NCBI RefSeq assembly: GCF_009834535.1
Contig: NC_045701.1
Span: forward strand, 73,036,001-73,100,000
Reading direction: 5' to 3'
Length of the DNA stretch: 64,000 bases
Origin: Camelus ferus
Taxonomy: Eukaryota
The translations under genes were made by a program, and so were the position numbers. Below the pieces are notes generated by a model. That model ran no database searches. It was not told where the DNA came from and saw only the letters and a program-made list of their open reading frames with translations. Numbering within the stretch: position 1 is the stretch's first letter; each line of letters starts with the position of its first letter. Of this stretch, positions 34,971 to 47,681 are shown one piece after another.

Positions 34971-35499
34971 AAAACAAAAACAAAAACAAACAAACAAAAA
35001 CAAAGCGTAAATAAAGGACAGAAATAGACTCACAGAAAGAGAATACAGACTTGTGGTTACCAGGGGGGTGGAAGGTGGGAAGGGATAGACTGGGATTTCA
35101 AAATTGTAGAATAGACTACACTGTATAGCACAGGGAAATATACACAAAATGTTATGATAACTCACAGAAAAAAATGTGACAATGAGTGTGTATATGTCCA
35201 TGAATAACTGAAAAATTGTGCTGAACACTGGAATTTGACACAACATTGTAAAATGATTATAAATCAATAAAAAATGTTAAAAAAAATTATGCTTCTATTG
35301 TAAAGCATGTCTTTATCTAGGGAAAACTGAGTAGTTCTGTCACATTATTCCCTGGAAAAGAGGAAGATGTCCTTTTTGCAAAGGGGAAGCTAAGGACTTA
35401 AAGATCTGAGGAAATGAATATTCAGATTCCAGTAAGTAAGAGTTAGGGCTTAAACAGACATAGGAATGCTCTTTTTCCCCACTTTAATGGAAGGGGAAG

Positions 35500-35720
35500 T
35501 AAAGTAATATTTATTTGCACTCCCTAATATAAGCCGGATTCTTTACTCAAATATTTAATTCTTATAACAACCCAACAAGTTTGGTAATATTATCCCTATT
35601 TTATAGATGAGGAAATGCAGACTTAGGGAATTCTACTTCTTGTAGGTTACAGAGCCAAGAAACCACATTCCTACCGAGGCTACCTAACTCCTGTGCCAGT
35701 GCTCTTATGCCCCACCATGC
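35500..35720 (-). mobile_element. MIR SINE
   Basis: tattatccctattttatagatgaggaaatgcagacttagg. Confidence 0.75.
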
Positions 35721-36701
35721 TACTTCCCTAGGAGCTCTGGGGGAAATACAGCTCACGAAGGGCCCATGCATAAGGGTTAATCAAGAGACATTGTTATCAT
35801 CTGCACTTGCCAAAGAACACAATATGCAATTCCTGGAAGCTGGTGTCTTCCCAGTTATTCAGCAATAAGGGATTGGGGAGTCTGCACAGATCATGACCAG
35901 TAATGTAATGGTAGACCCAAGACGTTTCCCCTCTGTCCTACTGTTTATGGACCCGATGCCCATTATTATTTTGAGGAGGGTTTGAGAAAGGCTACCCAAG
36001 ATATTCAGTACACCCCGGGTTATTATTTGAGTGAATAGAGTTGGAGTACAGATAGAAGTAATTATATCAGTTCTCCTTGAATTAAACCCAGAGCTGAGTC
36101 TAGTTAGCCAGTTAGCAAATGCTTCTGGTTATCCTGTTAGACTTTGCAGAGCAACAGAGGGACTTGTGGGGAAATAGTTTTACAAAGGAGAAGGAACTGT
36201 AAACTCACCAAGGAGACTGAAGAACCACATATGAGACAGGACCGCACTTGTAACATAACACATTTTCCTGTGTGGTTGTTGGGAGACCTGTGTCCTGGTT
36301 CTCGACCTGCCAGCTTTGCAACCTAGGGGAAGTCATTCTCTCTTTGGGAATCAGTTTGTAAAATAAAAAGGTCAGACAAGATGATGTCTAGGATTCCTTT
36401 CAGATACACACATATGTTGTTTTTTGAATCTGAGTGCAGTCAGAATTGAGGGAGGCAGAGAGCCAATCAGACTGAACGAGCAGAGTTTCAGCTGGGTGCA
36501 GAAAGAGCTTCAGTGACTATCTGTGCGATGGGCCAAGAAGTATTCCTGGAGGTGGGTGGTTGGCATTAGGCTTCCCCATGCCCATGCATAGTGCCATTTT
36601 TATTAAAGCATTCACCAGGCTCTAGTATCATTGATGGAAGAGACCAACTATTTCTTGTGGTGATCAGTAAGTGGTGGTGAAAAGAATGAACAACGAAGCT
36701 C

Positions 36702-37159
36702 TTTTATTTATTTAGTTATTTAGTTATTTAGTTGAAGTACAGTCAGTTACAATATGTCAATCTCTGGTGTACAGCACAATGTCTCAGTCATGTATGTACA
36801 TACATATATTTGTTTTCATATTTTTTCATTAAAGATTATTCCAAGGTATTGAACACAGTTCCCTGTGCTAGACAAAAGAAACTTTTAAAAAAAATCTATT
36901 TTTATATATAGTGGCTAACATTTATAAATCTCAAACTCCCAAATTTATCCCTCCCGCCCCCCTTCCCTGGCAACCATAAGATTATTTACTAAGACTGCAA
37001 GTCTCTTACTGTTTTGTAGATGAGTTCATAGTGTCCTTTGTTTTTTTAGATTCCACATGTGAGTAATATTATATGGTATTTTTCTTTCTCTTTTTGGCTT
37101 ACTTCAATTAGAATGATGCTGTCTAGGTCTATCCATGTTGCTGCAAATGGCATTATTTT
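36702..37159 (-). mobile_element. L1 3' end (camelid-type, older subfamily)
   Basis: T-rich tail, gttgaagtacagtcagttacaat...ctggtgtacagcacaat...ttagattccacatgtgag...ccatgttgctgcaaatggcatt. Confidence 0.9.
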
Positions 37160-37729
37160 AGATCTCACTTCTCTAGAGATGTTCTTCATGCATCAGCTTT
37201 GTTTGGGATCTCTTTTCCTCAATGGGACAATAAATTTGAAAGTTCATGCTAGGAAGGGTAGCTGAAGGTGAGTTGATGTTTGTGGAAATAGGTGAACGTT
37301 GGAAGTTGTGCCTCTGGTTCTGATAAAAAAAAAAAATCCTACTGACCTTTATGTCCTTGCCTCCTTGGGTTGTGAAGCTTCCCTGAAAATGATGTGAGTG
37401 GGATGCAGTGCCAAGAATGGTGTTCACTGGCTTACAGCCTTATCACAGTTCCTGTTCCCATTGCTAGTCTGTGGTCAAACACAATATATTTGACAGTATA
37501 CATACCTGACTTTTCTTATAACTGTCATACACTCCTTGTGGCCACCATGTTTCCCCCTCCTTATACCCTTCTGAGATTGCCACTACAGGCATTATCATTT
37601 TTAAACTCAGTATAACTACTCTCTTCTCCCAAATTTTACTTTTATCTTGATACCAAATCAATGAATTGAAAGTGAAGCCTCAGGAAGGAGGCTAAAGGGA
37701 AACCAAAGGTCCACATGCAAGTTGGGAGA

Positions 37730-37980
37730 GAGAGCGAACTTACACAATCGTGTCCATTGAACAATGCGCTTAACATTGTGCTCTGGGATTTATGTGCATT
37801 GTTCATAGTCTCATCAACAATCCTATGAAGAAAGTGTGATCCTGTAATTTTACATAGGCAGAGGCTGAGGCTCAGGACAGTTACATAAGTATCCAAGATC
37901 ACATAGCAAGTGAGAGGCAGACCTGGGACCTGAGGCAGGATTGTGTGACTCCAGACTCAGTCCATCTTCTCAGTGTAGCA
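37730..37980 (-). mobile_element. MIR SINE
   Basis: ctcatcaacaatcctatgaag...taattttacataggcagaggctgaggctcagg...ccaagatcacatagc. Confidence 0.8.
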
Positions 37981-38619
37981 TCTTTCCTCACAGACTGTCT
38001 ATCTTAGCCATATTTCAAGATATATTTCACACTTCGCACTGAAATGGTCAAAAGATGACACAGCATTTAGGTGCCTAGCCCAGGCCCCTGACACAGAGCA
38101 AGGGTTCAGTAGACATTAGCTGACATTGCTGTTACTTTGACATTTGAATAGCTTGGGGTTTTTCACTATATCCTGGGATGTGAAAGGGGAAAACAAGGTT
38201 AGTTAATTGGAGACAATCCAACATTTGGGTAGCAGGATAAATATTACTGATTATTGATTAATTCCAGGCTTTATGAAGAATGAGTAGCTGCTCTACTTAA
38301 AGGTTACCTTTGCCTCAACCTAGGTCAGTTCAGTGAAGATGTCTGTTCCAGACTTGGACTTGTTTTTACGTGATTGATTATTATTGCCATCACTTCTAGA
38401 TAACCACGAGTGTTCCTATGGTACACGGCATGGTTCAGCACTCTGGAATTCAGTTTGCGAACTTTACTTTGGAAACTAGCATTGTATGCCATTAAAGAAT
38501 GGCTTCAGACCTGGGTGCCTCTGTCCACGGTGCTGAAACGAGAGCTCCTGGGAGGCAGAAGCAGATGGTACCACATGACACCTCTTAGCTTCACAGCTTG
38601 CCTAAACTCAAGAGACTGA

Positions 38620-38840
38620 ACTACTGTGAAAATAAGGCTGGCTTCGGAGTTGAGGGATTTGGTTAAAGTTCCAATAACTTGCTGTGTGGCCCCAGGCAAA
38701 CAATGTAACCTCTCTGTTTCAATGTTCCCATTGGTAAAATTGGATTGCCACATTCTGATTCCTATTTCAGAGTGCTGCTGATTTTGTGTGAGTAAATGAG
38801 ATAACAGATGCTAAAGTGGGATATAATGCATAGTATGATT
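38620..38840 (+). mobile_element. MIR SINE
   Basis: gtgtggccccaggcaaacaatgtaacctctctgtttc...gagtaaatgagataac. Confidence 0.75.
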
Positions 38841-39279
38841 ATGCTGTTATTGCTGCTCAGTCTTTTAATCATACATTTTGACTGTATCATTTTAATTCAC
38901 TGAGGCACCCTAAGGCCTAGTAACATACAATGCAGAGAGCAGGAAGTCAAAAAAACTGATAATTGCACTGGAAAAACAAAGAAGTAACTTTTCTATGTTG
39001 TTTGTAAGCTCCTGTATAGCTACATAGCTCAGGGTGTGTCTCTAAGAAGAAGAAAGATAATGACCAGTGAGGAGTCAGCCCCCGTCTGGAAGGAGAGAAA
39101 ACAAAGATCACATCTGGTTTCCTCCACAGGCCCCAAAGGGAAGCTCACGTCTACTGTCACAGGTCCTGAAGTCTCACCATTAGCCTGATATTATAGCTTG
39201 GTATTCCTTGCCCTTCAGAGAGTGGTTGCATTCTCCCTTTTTGAGTTAAACATATTTGCTATGGCCTGGTATTTGGAGA

Positions 39280-39470
39280 TTGAACTCTTGGGTTTAAGTT
39301 CTTTCTCTAGCTGTAGAATCTTCATGAAGTAAGTAATTTAACCTCTTCTAAACTCAGTTTCTCCATCTGTAAAGTGGGATCAGTAATATTAATATCTACC
39401 TTGTGAGATGATTGAGAAAATAAAAATTTTAAAAGAGGCTTTATAAAATTATATAAACATTAGTTGTCAT
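39280..39470 (+). mobile_element. MIR SINE
   Basis: tttaacctcttctaaactcagtttctccatctgtaaagtgggat...ctaccttgtgagatg. Confidence 0.75.
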
Positions 39471-39559
39471 TTTTCTCTGACATGCTCTGGTCAAAGTGTC
39501 TCATGAACATGTCTTACCTTTTCCATGTTTTGTACTTTGTGTGTTCTGTTCTTTTTACC

Positions 39560-39825
39560 AGATATAGCTTCTCCATCTCCTGTTAAAATCTTCAAATATC
39601 AGGTCACATACCACCTTCTCTGACCATCCCAACCATAAGTGATTTTTTTTTCCTTTCCAGAACTTGTAAAGAATCTATTATATTTATTATTCATCTTGTT
39701 TCCTCAAACTATGGTAGTGTTGTTATTTTAGTACATTTTTACTTCCCTTGATAGATTATGAGATCTTGGAAGATGGGATCGCATCTTGTACATAGTAGAT
39801 GCCCAATACCCGTTTGAATAAATGT
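39560..39825 (+). mobile_element. L2 LINE 3' end
   Basis: cttcaaatatcaggtcac...gattatgagatcttgg...acatagtagatgcccaata...tgaataaatg. Confidence 0.65.
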
Positions 39826-40789
39826 GTAAGATGATGTTATCAGTGACAATTTCTTTAGGTCTTCTTTAAAATACAAATATTGCTGGGGAGAGTGACCCAG
39901 TAGGTCATGAATACACATATATGAATTAAGAGCATTGGATTTGGGTGGCCAAATGAGGGTGGAAGGGAAAAGTTGGAGAGAACAAGTTGAATAAGAAAGT
40001 GCTAAAGACACACAATAAGAACTGCTAAAGACATGTTTCATCATTGTAGCAGTTTTTCCTGGTTTTTGGTCTTGGAGATGCCATGGAACCAGTGTATTAA
40101 CTTGGAAAGATAACTTATGAACGAGCTCTAAACAGGGACAAGAGTTAGAATTCATGGACACAGGAAATTATGCAATATCTAGGTCCACCAGAAGGTGGCT
40201 CGCTATCACTAACTCCACGGTCTGGCAGCTTCGCTCCTGGGGATCTCCCAAATCGACGTGGTATTCTGACGGGTAGTTCTCCTCTGCATTTTCTGTGGTT
40301 CAGTGCTGCCCCCTCCTTATCCCCTCCTCTGTCCCCTACCCATGCGCTCTTCTTCATGATGTAAAAACGTGAACCTGACTACAGTTGGTAGGCTGGAGAG
40401 TGTCACCCATGGGACTTTCACCTTTGGGAAGGTTCTGGCTGAGATGGGATAGAGGTGCCTCAGCTCCCTCTCAACTCCTGCTAAGGTATAGAACCAAAGT
40501 CAGATCACACCCTCTGCATTTGTATCTCCCATCTGGACTCTTAGAGGGTGAGCAGTCAGTGCCTTTTTGGACAAAGAAGGAGGTAAAGGGAGAAAAATCA
40601 CTGCCTTTTGTATACTTTCATTCTTTGCCCCCTCTGCACCCCCTCTGTTATTCTGGATTTCTTGTCTGAATTGCAGGAACAGCACCTCTCTCTCTGTTTC
40701 TTCCCTGGATCACCTCATCTCACTGTCCTTGTATTTCCACAAGATATGTGGCTCAGGTATTTCTCTCTTTTTTAAAAAAAATTATAACG

Positions 40790-40990
40790 ATAGCCTTCAT
40801 TTTTATGGTTTTTTTACAGTTATCAAAGCCTTTTTTTTTTCATGCACCATTTAATTTGACCCTCACAACAGCTATGAAAAGTTTTGGAGCAGAGTTATTG
40901 AAATCCCCATTGTACTCATGTATTTTCATCTGCATAATGAGAAGGAAAGGGAGAGGAAGTGATTTTCTCGGAATATATAAGAGATACTAA
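40790..40990 (-). mobile_element. MIR SINE
   Basis: catttaatttgaccctcacaacagctatga...atccccattgtac. Confidence 0.55.
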
Positions 40991-41309
40991 GACTCCTAAT
41001 GAATCCTACACTTATGCTTCTTACTATGAGTGATACAAATAAGGTCCAAAAAGGAATCTAGAACATACCCCCGGTCCTGTAGTGGTAGAAATGGGGCTGG
41101 AGTGAACATCTGATTCACGGCTTAGTGCTCTTTCTATCCCACTGTAGTCTTTCTCCATAATCTAACAAACTATTGGCTAGCTATCCAGCCAATCAATTTA
41201 CCATCTAGCCTCTTAAAACTCTAGAGTGTGTATCAATCAAAATCTTGAAAGAAGGTCCCAGAGGTGAATGCCTGAAGCATTCTGGAAAGCTCATCAGGAA
41301 TAATTTTTT

Positions 41310-41485
41310 TAAGCTAAAAATAGATAAAAACAAAGACTGGGAAGAAATCCATCAAAATGTTAACAATGATTACGTTTGGGTGATAGAATTGTGGACAATT
41401 TATTTTAATTTTTCTGTGTTTCTGCATTTTCAGATTTTCTTCAGCAAGATGTTACTACTTTATAATGGAAAATAAACATTAAAAT
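41310..41485 (+). mobile_element. Ancient L1 (L1ME/MC) 3' end
   Basis: gactgggaagaaatccatcaaaatgttaacaatgatt...gggtgatagaattgtggacaatttattt...ttttataatggaaaataaa. Confidence 0.65.
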
Positions 41486-43209
41486 GTAGCAAAAAGAGAT
41501 TCTGGGCACAGGTATTGCATCTGTGTATGTGGTGGCTATTACCAAATTGCATTAGTTTAAACTGAGGATAAATAAAGCAGGAATGATTCTTTGATCTTCT
41601 CTTCCAACAGGGTGTTCTGTGTGTCTCTGGTTCCCATTTCTCCCCTGCAGCCCCAGCTGATGGTTTTGGCAGATTGCACTCACACCTTCTCCTTCTCCTT
41701 CCATGTGGCTCTGGTCTGCTCCACAGAACCATAGCACACAACCGGGAAGGCAGGGGGACACCAGAGCCTCACCCTCTCTTGGCCGAGCTGTGGGGTCCTG
41801 CATACCTCGCTCTGCCTGCTGTGGACTTACGTAACACATTCACAGGACTTCATTTTCCAGTAGATTGAAAGCAAAGCCACTGTTGATTTTCTCCAAAAAG
41901 ATCTATTTGGAAGTGCAATTGCCTTGAATTACATGGTGGCACGAGAGGCCAGACCTTGCTGTAAATAACATTCCTTTTCAGCCACACAGAGGCCCGGCTG
42001 GCAGCAGAATCCAAGCTTCAGATGACAGTGCTTGATGTAGAGAGAGAGAGGGAAAGAGGGAGAGGGTGTGTGAAAACAGGGGTGCACAGTCTTGGGGCTT
42101 TTGCTCACCTGCTGCCACTTCTTTCACCCCTGGAGTTTTATGTCTGAGTGAGGGGTGAGGGCAGACAGTGGGGAGGACCAGGACTGGGCTTCTGGGCTCT
42201 TTCATCAGCTGGTTTATATGACCTCTCTCTGGTTACATCTCCTGTCCTGCCAGTGAGGGGTCTTGGGGCTGCGTGAGATCGAGTGACTTGTGCATACAGT
42301 GTCGGGTGGCGCCAAGAACGAGCTTTAGAATCGGACATGTCTGAGTTCTAGTCCCAGATGTGCCAAGTGCAGTTTATGGGACCTTAGCAAATTCCTTATG
42401 TCTCTGACCTGTCATTATTCATTAAAAAGCAAAATAAAACGGGTGATGGGTGTGGGCATTGGGAGAATCCACATTTCCGAATCGTTGTAAGGAATAAAGA
42501 GAGTAACACTGGAGAAGTCACATTGCACAGGGTCTGACTCTTGATCTGTGCTCTATAAGTGTGGTTCTGTTCTGTGCCCTGCTTTGCCTTCCACAACAGA
42601 CTGAAATGAGAAGCAAAATCAATGAGCTTGGAACCAAGACAGCCTAAGCCCAAGTTGTGGAACGTGTGAAGTTTGGAACATTTCACTTCTTTCATACTTT
42701 CTTCCTCTGTGGTTATCCATAGCTCACATACATGATTCTCCCAGAAAAGACTGGAATGATCTAACTGATACTGCAGCAGATGGGACATAAGGCACGTCTT
42801 CTCCTGGTAGACATTTGTATTCTGAGTCCTGCCCGGGCAAATACAGGGCACTCCTTAAGCCAAAATAGAAACATTTTATGCAGGCTAGTATCTAGATAGG
42901 GAAGTTGTTTTTAGATTAGAACGTTTTCCACTTTAGCTACTCTTAGGACTGGCCTTATCTTGCAGGCATCAGAATGGGATTGTGCATTAGCTCAACTGGA
43001 CATTTTCCTCTAAAGTTATGCAGTATTTTCCTTCCCACGTTTCTACATCAAGTTGAGGAAAACAGTGGAAATCTAGTAAACTATGGACTGCCTTCTCAGG
43101 AAAAGACTTACAGATGATGCCAGGGAAGGCATCCCAACAATTATTAAAATCCTCCTCCGTGATATAATAAAAACAGTCAATATTTTAAAAATATTTTGCC
43201 CAGTTCTCA

Positions 43210-43625
43210 AGTGCACAATCTCATTTAATCTTCACTATATCTGGTGATGTAGTTACTATTATTACTATGCTATTATTATAGCTTAGTGATTAAGAGGAAA
43301 GAATCTGGAGCCAGATTACCTGATTCAAATCTCCGCTCACTAGTCACTAGTAGCAGGGACTCAGGCAAACTAATTCTGTGGGCCTCAATCTTCTTATACT
43401 TAAGGTAGGTACTTAAATAGAGGTAGTTCTGCTGGAGCTGTTTGGAGCCTTTAGCAACTCCACACATGCAAAGTGAGTACAAGAGCACCTGGCTGTTACT
43501 ATCCCCATTTAGCATCTGAGAACACTGAGGATAAGAGGAGGGGGAGTGATTGTCTTGACAACACCCAGGTGATGACAGATCCAGGTCAAAAATCCATGTC
43601 TTATGACTCCCAGTCTAGTCCTGTT
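43210..43625. mobile_element. MIR(-) host split by a MIR(+) insert (~43278-43495)
   Basis: Host atctcatttaatcttcac...actattatt; insert tagcttagtgattaagag...tctggagccagattacctgattcaaatc; host resumes ctatccccattt...actgagg. Confidence 0.65.
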
Positions 43626-44734
43626 TCCCTGCTCTGAGGAAGATGTGCAGGATCATTTGTATTCCTCACATTATCATCTTCCTTGACAGCTGTCAGTCAT
43701 AAGTAACGGTGTCTCAGAATGGCTGAAAACCTTGGTGAGAATAATAGAAGAATTGATGCTTGTTTATAATTAGACTCTCATCCCCATAAATGTGGAGAAA
43801 AAACTTTCCTCACAAGTGAAGGTCAATTTATATGTCCACCCCAACTTGGCCGCTGTGGCTTGAGCAGTGGTTAGTGGGCTTAACTAAGGAGTGGCACTGG
43901 GGCCAATGCCCAGGCTAAGGACCTAGTGGTACTGGATGCCACTAGGCGAGGTCCAGAGAGGCTTTGCTGCTAAGTGGAAACCCCAGGAAAAGAGTCAACT
44001 GGTGTGGTGAGCATAGGTCAGGCTCTGAGTTTCCATTAGGAAAAAAAATAAACAGCTACTTCTCAGAATACGGTAACTCACCATTGATGGCATCAGGATA
44101 GAAAGTGGAGTGAAAGTTATATTTTCTGAAGAGTTTTTCCTAGAGTGACCTAGAATAAAGCTTTAGTAGACCAAGTCCAGTAAGGCCCCATGAGTTTCAG
44201 ATGAAGAAGGTGGGTCCGGTGGGGAGGGTGTTACCAAGGAGTCCGCTTTTGCCCTCCCCCCCATTTCTCCATACCTCCCCTGATGATATGCCTACATTTC
44301 TCTCCTTAGGGATTTATTATTGTGGGCATTGCTAGTGTTTTTTTTTTTTTTTTTTTAGTGAATATTCAATTAAATATCCAATATCCCCAAGAGGGCAATA
44401 TATTATACTAAATCATTTAGTTTCTTATACAGAAGTCTGTTCCTTCCTATTTGGATGCAGCAGACAGATAGATACTTTAATCCAGTTCAGAGATGGAATA
44501 CAGGCAATGTGCCCTGGAAGGAGTGAGGGCAGACAATCTTTGCTGTTCACCATTTTGCCAAGGGCCAGCCTACTTGGTGCCTTTGTGCTTAGCAGAGAGC
44601 TGCTAGAAGAAGGTCTGACTGAAGGCAAGTTAGTGCAGGAAGCTGTGATCCAGCATAAGAAAGCACCCCACTCAACCAAGATAATAGAGTTTGTCCTCCT
44701 TTCTTTCTTCCATTCTAAGATAGAGCATCCCACT

Positions 44735-45176
44735 TGATATGGGTTGAATGTATTCTCCCAGAAGATGCTCAAGTGCTAACCCCCAGAACCTGTGAATGTG
44801 ACCCTTATTTGGCAGTACGGTCTTTGCAGATGATTGAGTTAAGATGAGGTCATTGGGGGTGGTCCTAGTCCAATATGACTGGCATTCTTATAAAAAGGGG
44901 ATTTTTGGATGCAGAGGCAGACACGCACACAGGGAGAATGCCACGTGAAACTGAAGACAGAGATTCGAGTAATGCATCTACTGGCCAAGGAATGCCAACC
45001 ATTGCCAGTGCACTGCCGGACGTTAGAGAGGCAAAGAACAGATTCTCCCTTACAGCCCTCAGGAGGAGCCTAGCCTGACAACACCTTGACCTTAGGCTTT
45101 TAGTTTCCAGAGCTGTGAGACAGAAGTGCCACCCAGTTTGTGTACCTTGTTATGGTAGCCTTAGCACACTAGGACA
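44735..45176 (+). mobile_element. MLT1B-like solo LTR, full length
   Basis: tgatatgggttgaatg...gaatgtgaccttatttgg...gagctgtgagac...cacactaggaca; flanks CCACT/CCTCT (4/5 TSD). Confidence 0.9.
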
Positions 45177-45199
45177 CCTCTGGACCAAAATAATTAAGA

Positions 45200-45330
45200 G
45201 TTTGTCCTTCCTTCTTTCAGTAAATATTCAGTGATTACCTACTGTGTGCCAGGCACAGTGCCAAGTTCTGGAAATGGTATCTGAAAGATCACAGACCAGC
45301 AGGGGCATAGGTGAGTAAACAGGCCTTTCT
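45200..45330 (-). mobile_element. L2 LINE 3' end fragment
   Basis: cttcagtaaatattcagtgattacctactgtgtgccaggcacagtgccaag. Confidence 0.6.
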
Positions 45331-45374
45331 TGGTAGTAGGATAAATATTTGATGTCAGTTCTACCCTCTAACCT

Positions 45375-45661
45375 GTTGGCTCTCAACCATGGCCCTATGC
45401 TAGACCCTCTTGAGAACTTAACAAAAAACAGAAGACTTACATCCAGTCTCCACTCCCAGACATTTTGATCTAATTGGGCTGGGGTGGGAACAAGGCATCA
45501 GTATTTTATTTAATTCCAAAGACTGCTATTGTTGAGAACTACTGTTTTAAAATATACCCATTATCAGGGTCCCACTCCAGACCAATTAAATTGAAATGAT
45601 CATGATGGTTTTAAAAAGCTTCCCAGGAGATTCTAATATGTAGCCAGGTTTGAAAACCACT
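45375..45661. mobile_element. Two adjacent MER5-type MITEs
   Basis: ctctcaacc...gatctaattgggctggggtggg...gttgagaactactg; then ...cccactccagaccaattaaa...agcttcccaggagattctaatatgtagccaggtttgaaaaccact. Confidence 0.7.
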
Positions 45662-45789
45662 CTCTTCTGTGAAGATAAGTATTTTGTCTGTCTTGTTTAA
45701 TGTCATATCCTTTCCACAGTGCTTAGCTCAAAGAAGGCAATCAGTGAATAATTGTGAAGTCAGGATCTCTAACAAGAAAAGTGTAAGAT

Positions 45790-46035
45790 GCCATTGGTGC
45801 AGAGAAGGTGAGTGCTCAGGGCAGCTGTGGGAGAGCTGATCCCAAAGGATAAGTCAGTTTTGTCAGGCAAGGAGAAGAAAGAATGTTTCTGGCAGAGGGA
45901 CAGTGTGTACACATGGTCGAGGAGCCGGACATGGCTGAGTGTGGCTGGAGTCATCTGTAGGTGGTGTGAGGTAAGGCTGGAAAGGTCACAAGGGCTGGGT
46001 CATGAGGAGCCTTGTAAGCCATAAGGAGACTGCGG
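45790..46035 (-). mobile_element. L2 LINE fragment
   Basis: gaatgtttctggcagagggacagtg...gagtgtggctggag...catgaggagccttgtaagccataaggag. Confidence 0.7.
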
Positions 46036-47681
46036 TCTGCCAGAGGCTTGTTTGGCTTGGTGGCATAGCCATGGCTCTCAAGGCTGATTTTTATTCTCTT
46101 GGTGCACATACAGGTCCAAATGTGGGCTCAGAAACGCCCACTTTTTCTCTTTGAAGACAGAGTCCAGATAGGATGTGTGTCCTGGGACCCAAGGTTGCAG
46201 GCCCAGCTCACGAGAGGAGCATTGCATCCTGTCCCTAACTGTGACCCTAAGAGTTAGGAACCAGATATTTCCAGCACTCTTTCCATGTGGTCACATCGCG
46301 GGTGGACACCGGGACAGCTTTCACTCCCTCCTTTCGCATCCTTCCTAATGTTCATCTTAATCCGATTTTACCTGGATGAACACGAGGGAGTGCAGGTGGA
46401 GAAGGTTCAGTGTGATTCCCTCAGCCACCCTGGAGGAGGGCCCTTCACCTGGCGGGTTGATAGCTGAGGGAGGGACCAAACCTGCCGTCCTGGAGGTTTG
46501 TTGCCGGCGTGTTAGTGTCCTTTGGGTGTTTGCTTGTCTGAGCTGCGCTGTTGCCAGCAATGCCCAATTTAGTACTCTCTGCAGATTACATTAACAGCCT
46601 GCCTGCTCCACTCTGAGTCCTTAATGAAGATGTTAAATAAAATTTGACGTTATTATTGCCTTTTGTACAGCACTTCATATTTACCAAGTGCCTGTTGAAC
46701 GTTTTTATTCTTTTCCAAGAAATAGCCCCACAAAGTCCATTAGTACTGCTGCCCCCATTCTACAGAGAAGGCCCCTGGGGGTTCACTGATTTGTCGAGAG
46801 CCCCTGGCCGGCCACCCCCTATCTCCAGGAGGACTGTTCTCCCTCCTTCTGCCCAGATCCCAACTCACAGAGGTACACTAGCTTCTCAGGGGCCCGTCTG
46901 ACCCCTCATGCCCTCCCTCCAAGTTGCTTCACTCTAAATATTACTCCTCTTCTCCCGTCTCATGGTTTTGTGTTTCAGTTCAGGAAAGCCTTGGTCTTCT
47001 GTTAGTCAATTTAAATGAATCTGCAAGTCCAATTTCCTGATGGGCGTCAAATGTCTTGCTGAATGTCCAAGCATACAGAGTTCGGCAGGGCAGCCGTGTT
47101 TCCTGCTGTCCCTTTCCAGAGGCCTGTCAGTGGCGCTGTGAATGTATCTGGCAGGATCCGTCCTTTGTAAACATCACAGGGCAAACGGCTCTGTTGTCTT
47201 TGTACACGTGACAACTTTCCCCTCTTACTGTAGGAGACCTCAAATGAGAGGCTCCTAGTAACAGCATCTCTGTAAGAACTGGGAGGGAAAATAAACCTCA
47301 AAAAGGAAGGCACAGAAAGCGGCTCAGGTTGGCTTCCCCAGGCTCATCAGAGCCGCTGAATAAGGCGTATTAATAGGTTTGCTTAGCTCTAGCGCCTTGG
47401 TTTTCTCATGTTAAATGGGGACATTGATAAAAATGTGAGTATGTAAAGGGTTTTCTGCTTTAATTACTCAAGAGTTTGGGATGGACTTTTTACAGTACTA
47501 TTTTTGACTTCACACTTTTAAATCTACCTTACAATAATTTTCTCCCTCTCCCATGCTAATCTATCTTCATGTTGCCTTCTCTGTACTACTCCATTTCTAT
47601 CGCATTCTTTTTCTGGCTGACTTTTCCTTTCTTACCGTCTCTCGCATTTTCATTCATTTTTTCCCCCTCCTTCTGCTACTG

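Larger units (their letters stand above)
31979..35282 (+). mobile_element. 5'-truncated lineage-specific (camelid-type) L1 with perfect 15-bp TSD
   Basis: TSD AAAATTATGCTTCTA at 31964-31978 and 35283-35297, preceded by TT|AAAA; ORF2 remnant; G-rich 3' UTR; AATAAA at 35266 and short A tail. Confidence 0.97.

Noticed and set aside
35063-35095. G-quadruplex motif as a novel element
   Set aside because: It is the well-known G-rich tract of L1 3' UTRs.
40185-40198. CTCF-like CCACCAGAAGGTGG
   Set aside because: Mismatches at two key core positions; better described as a small palindrome.
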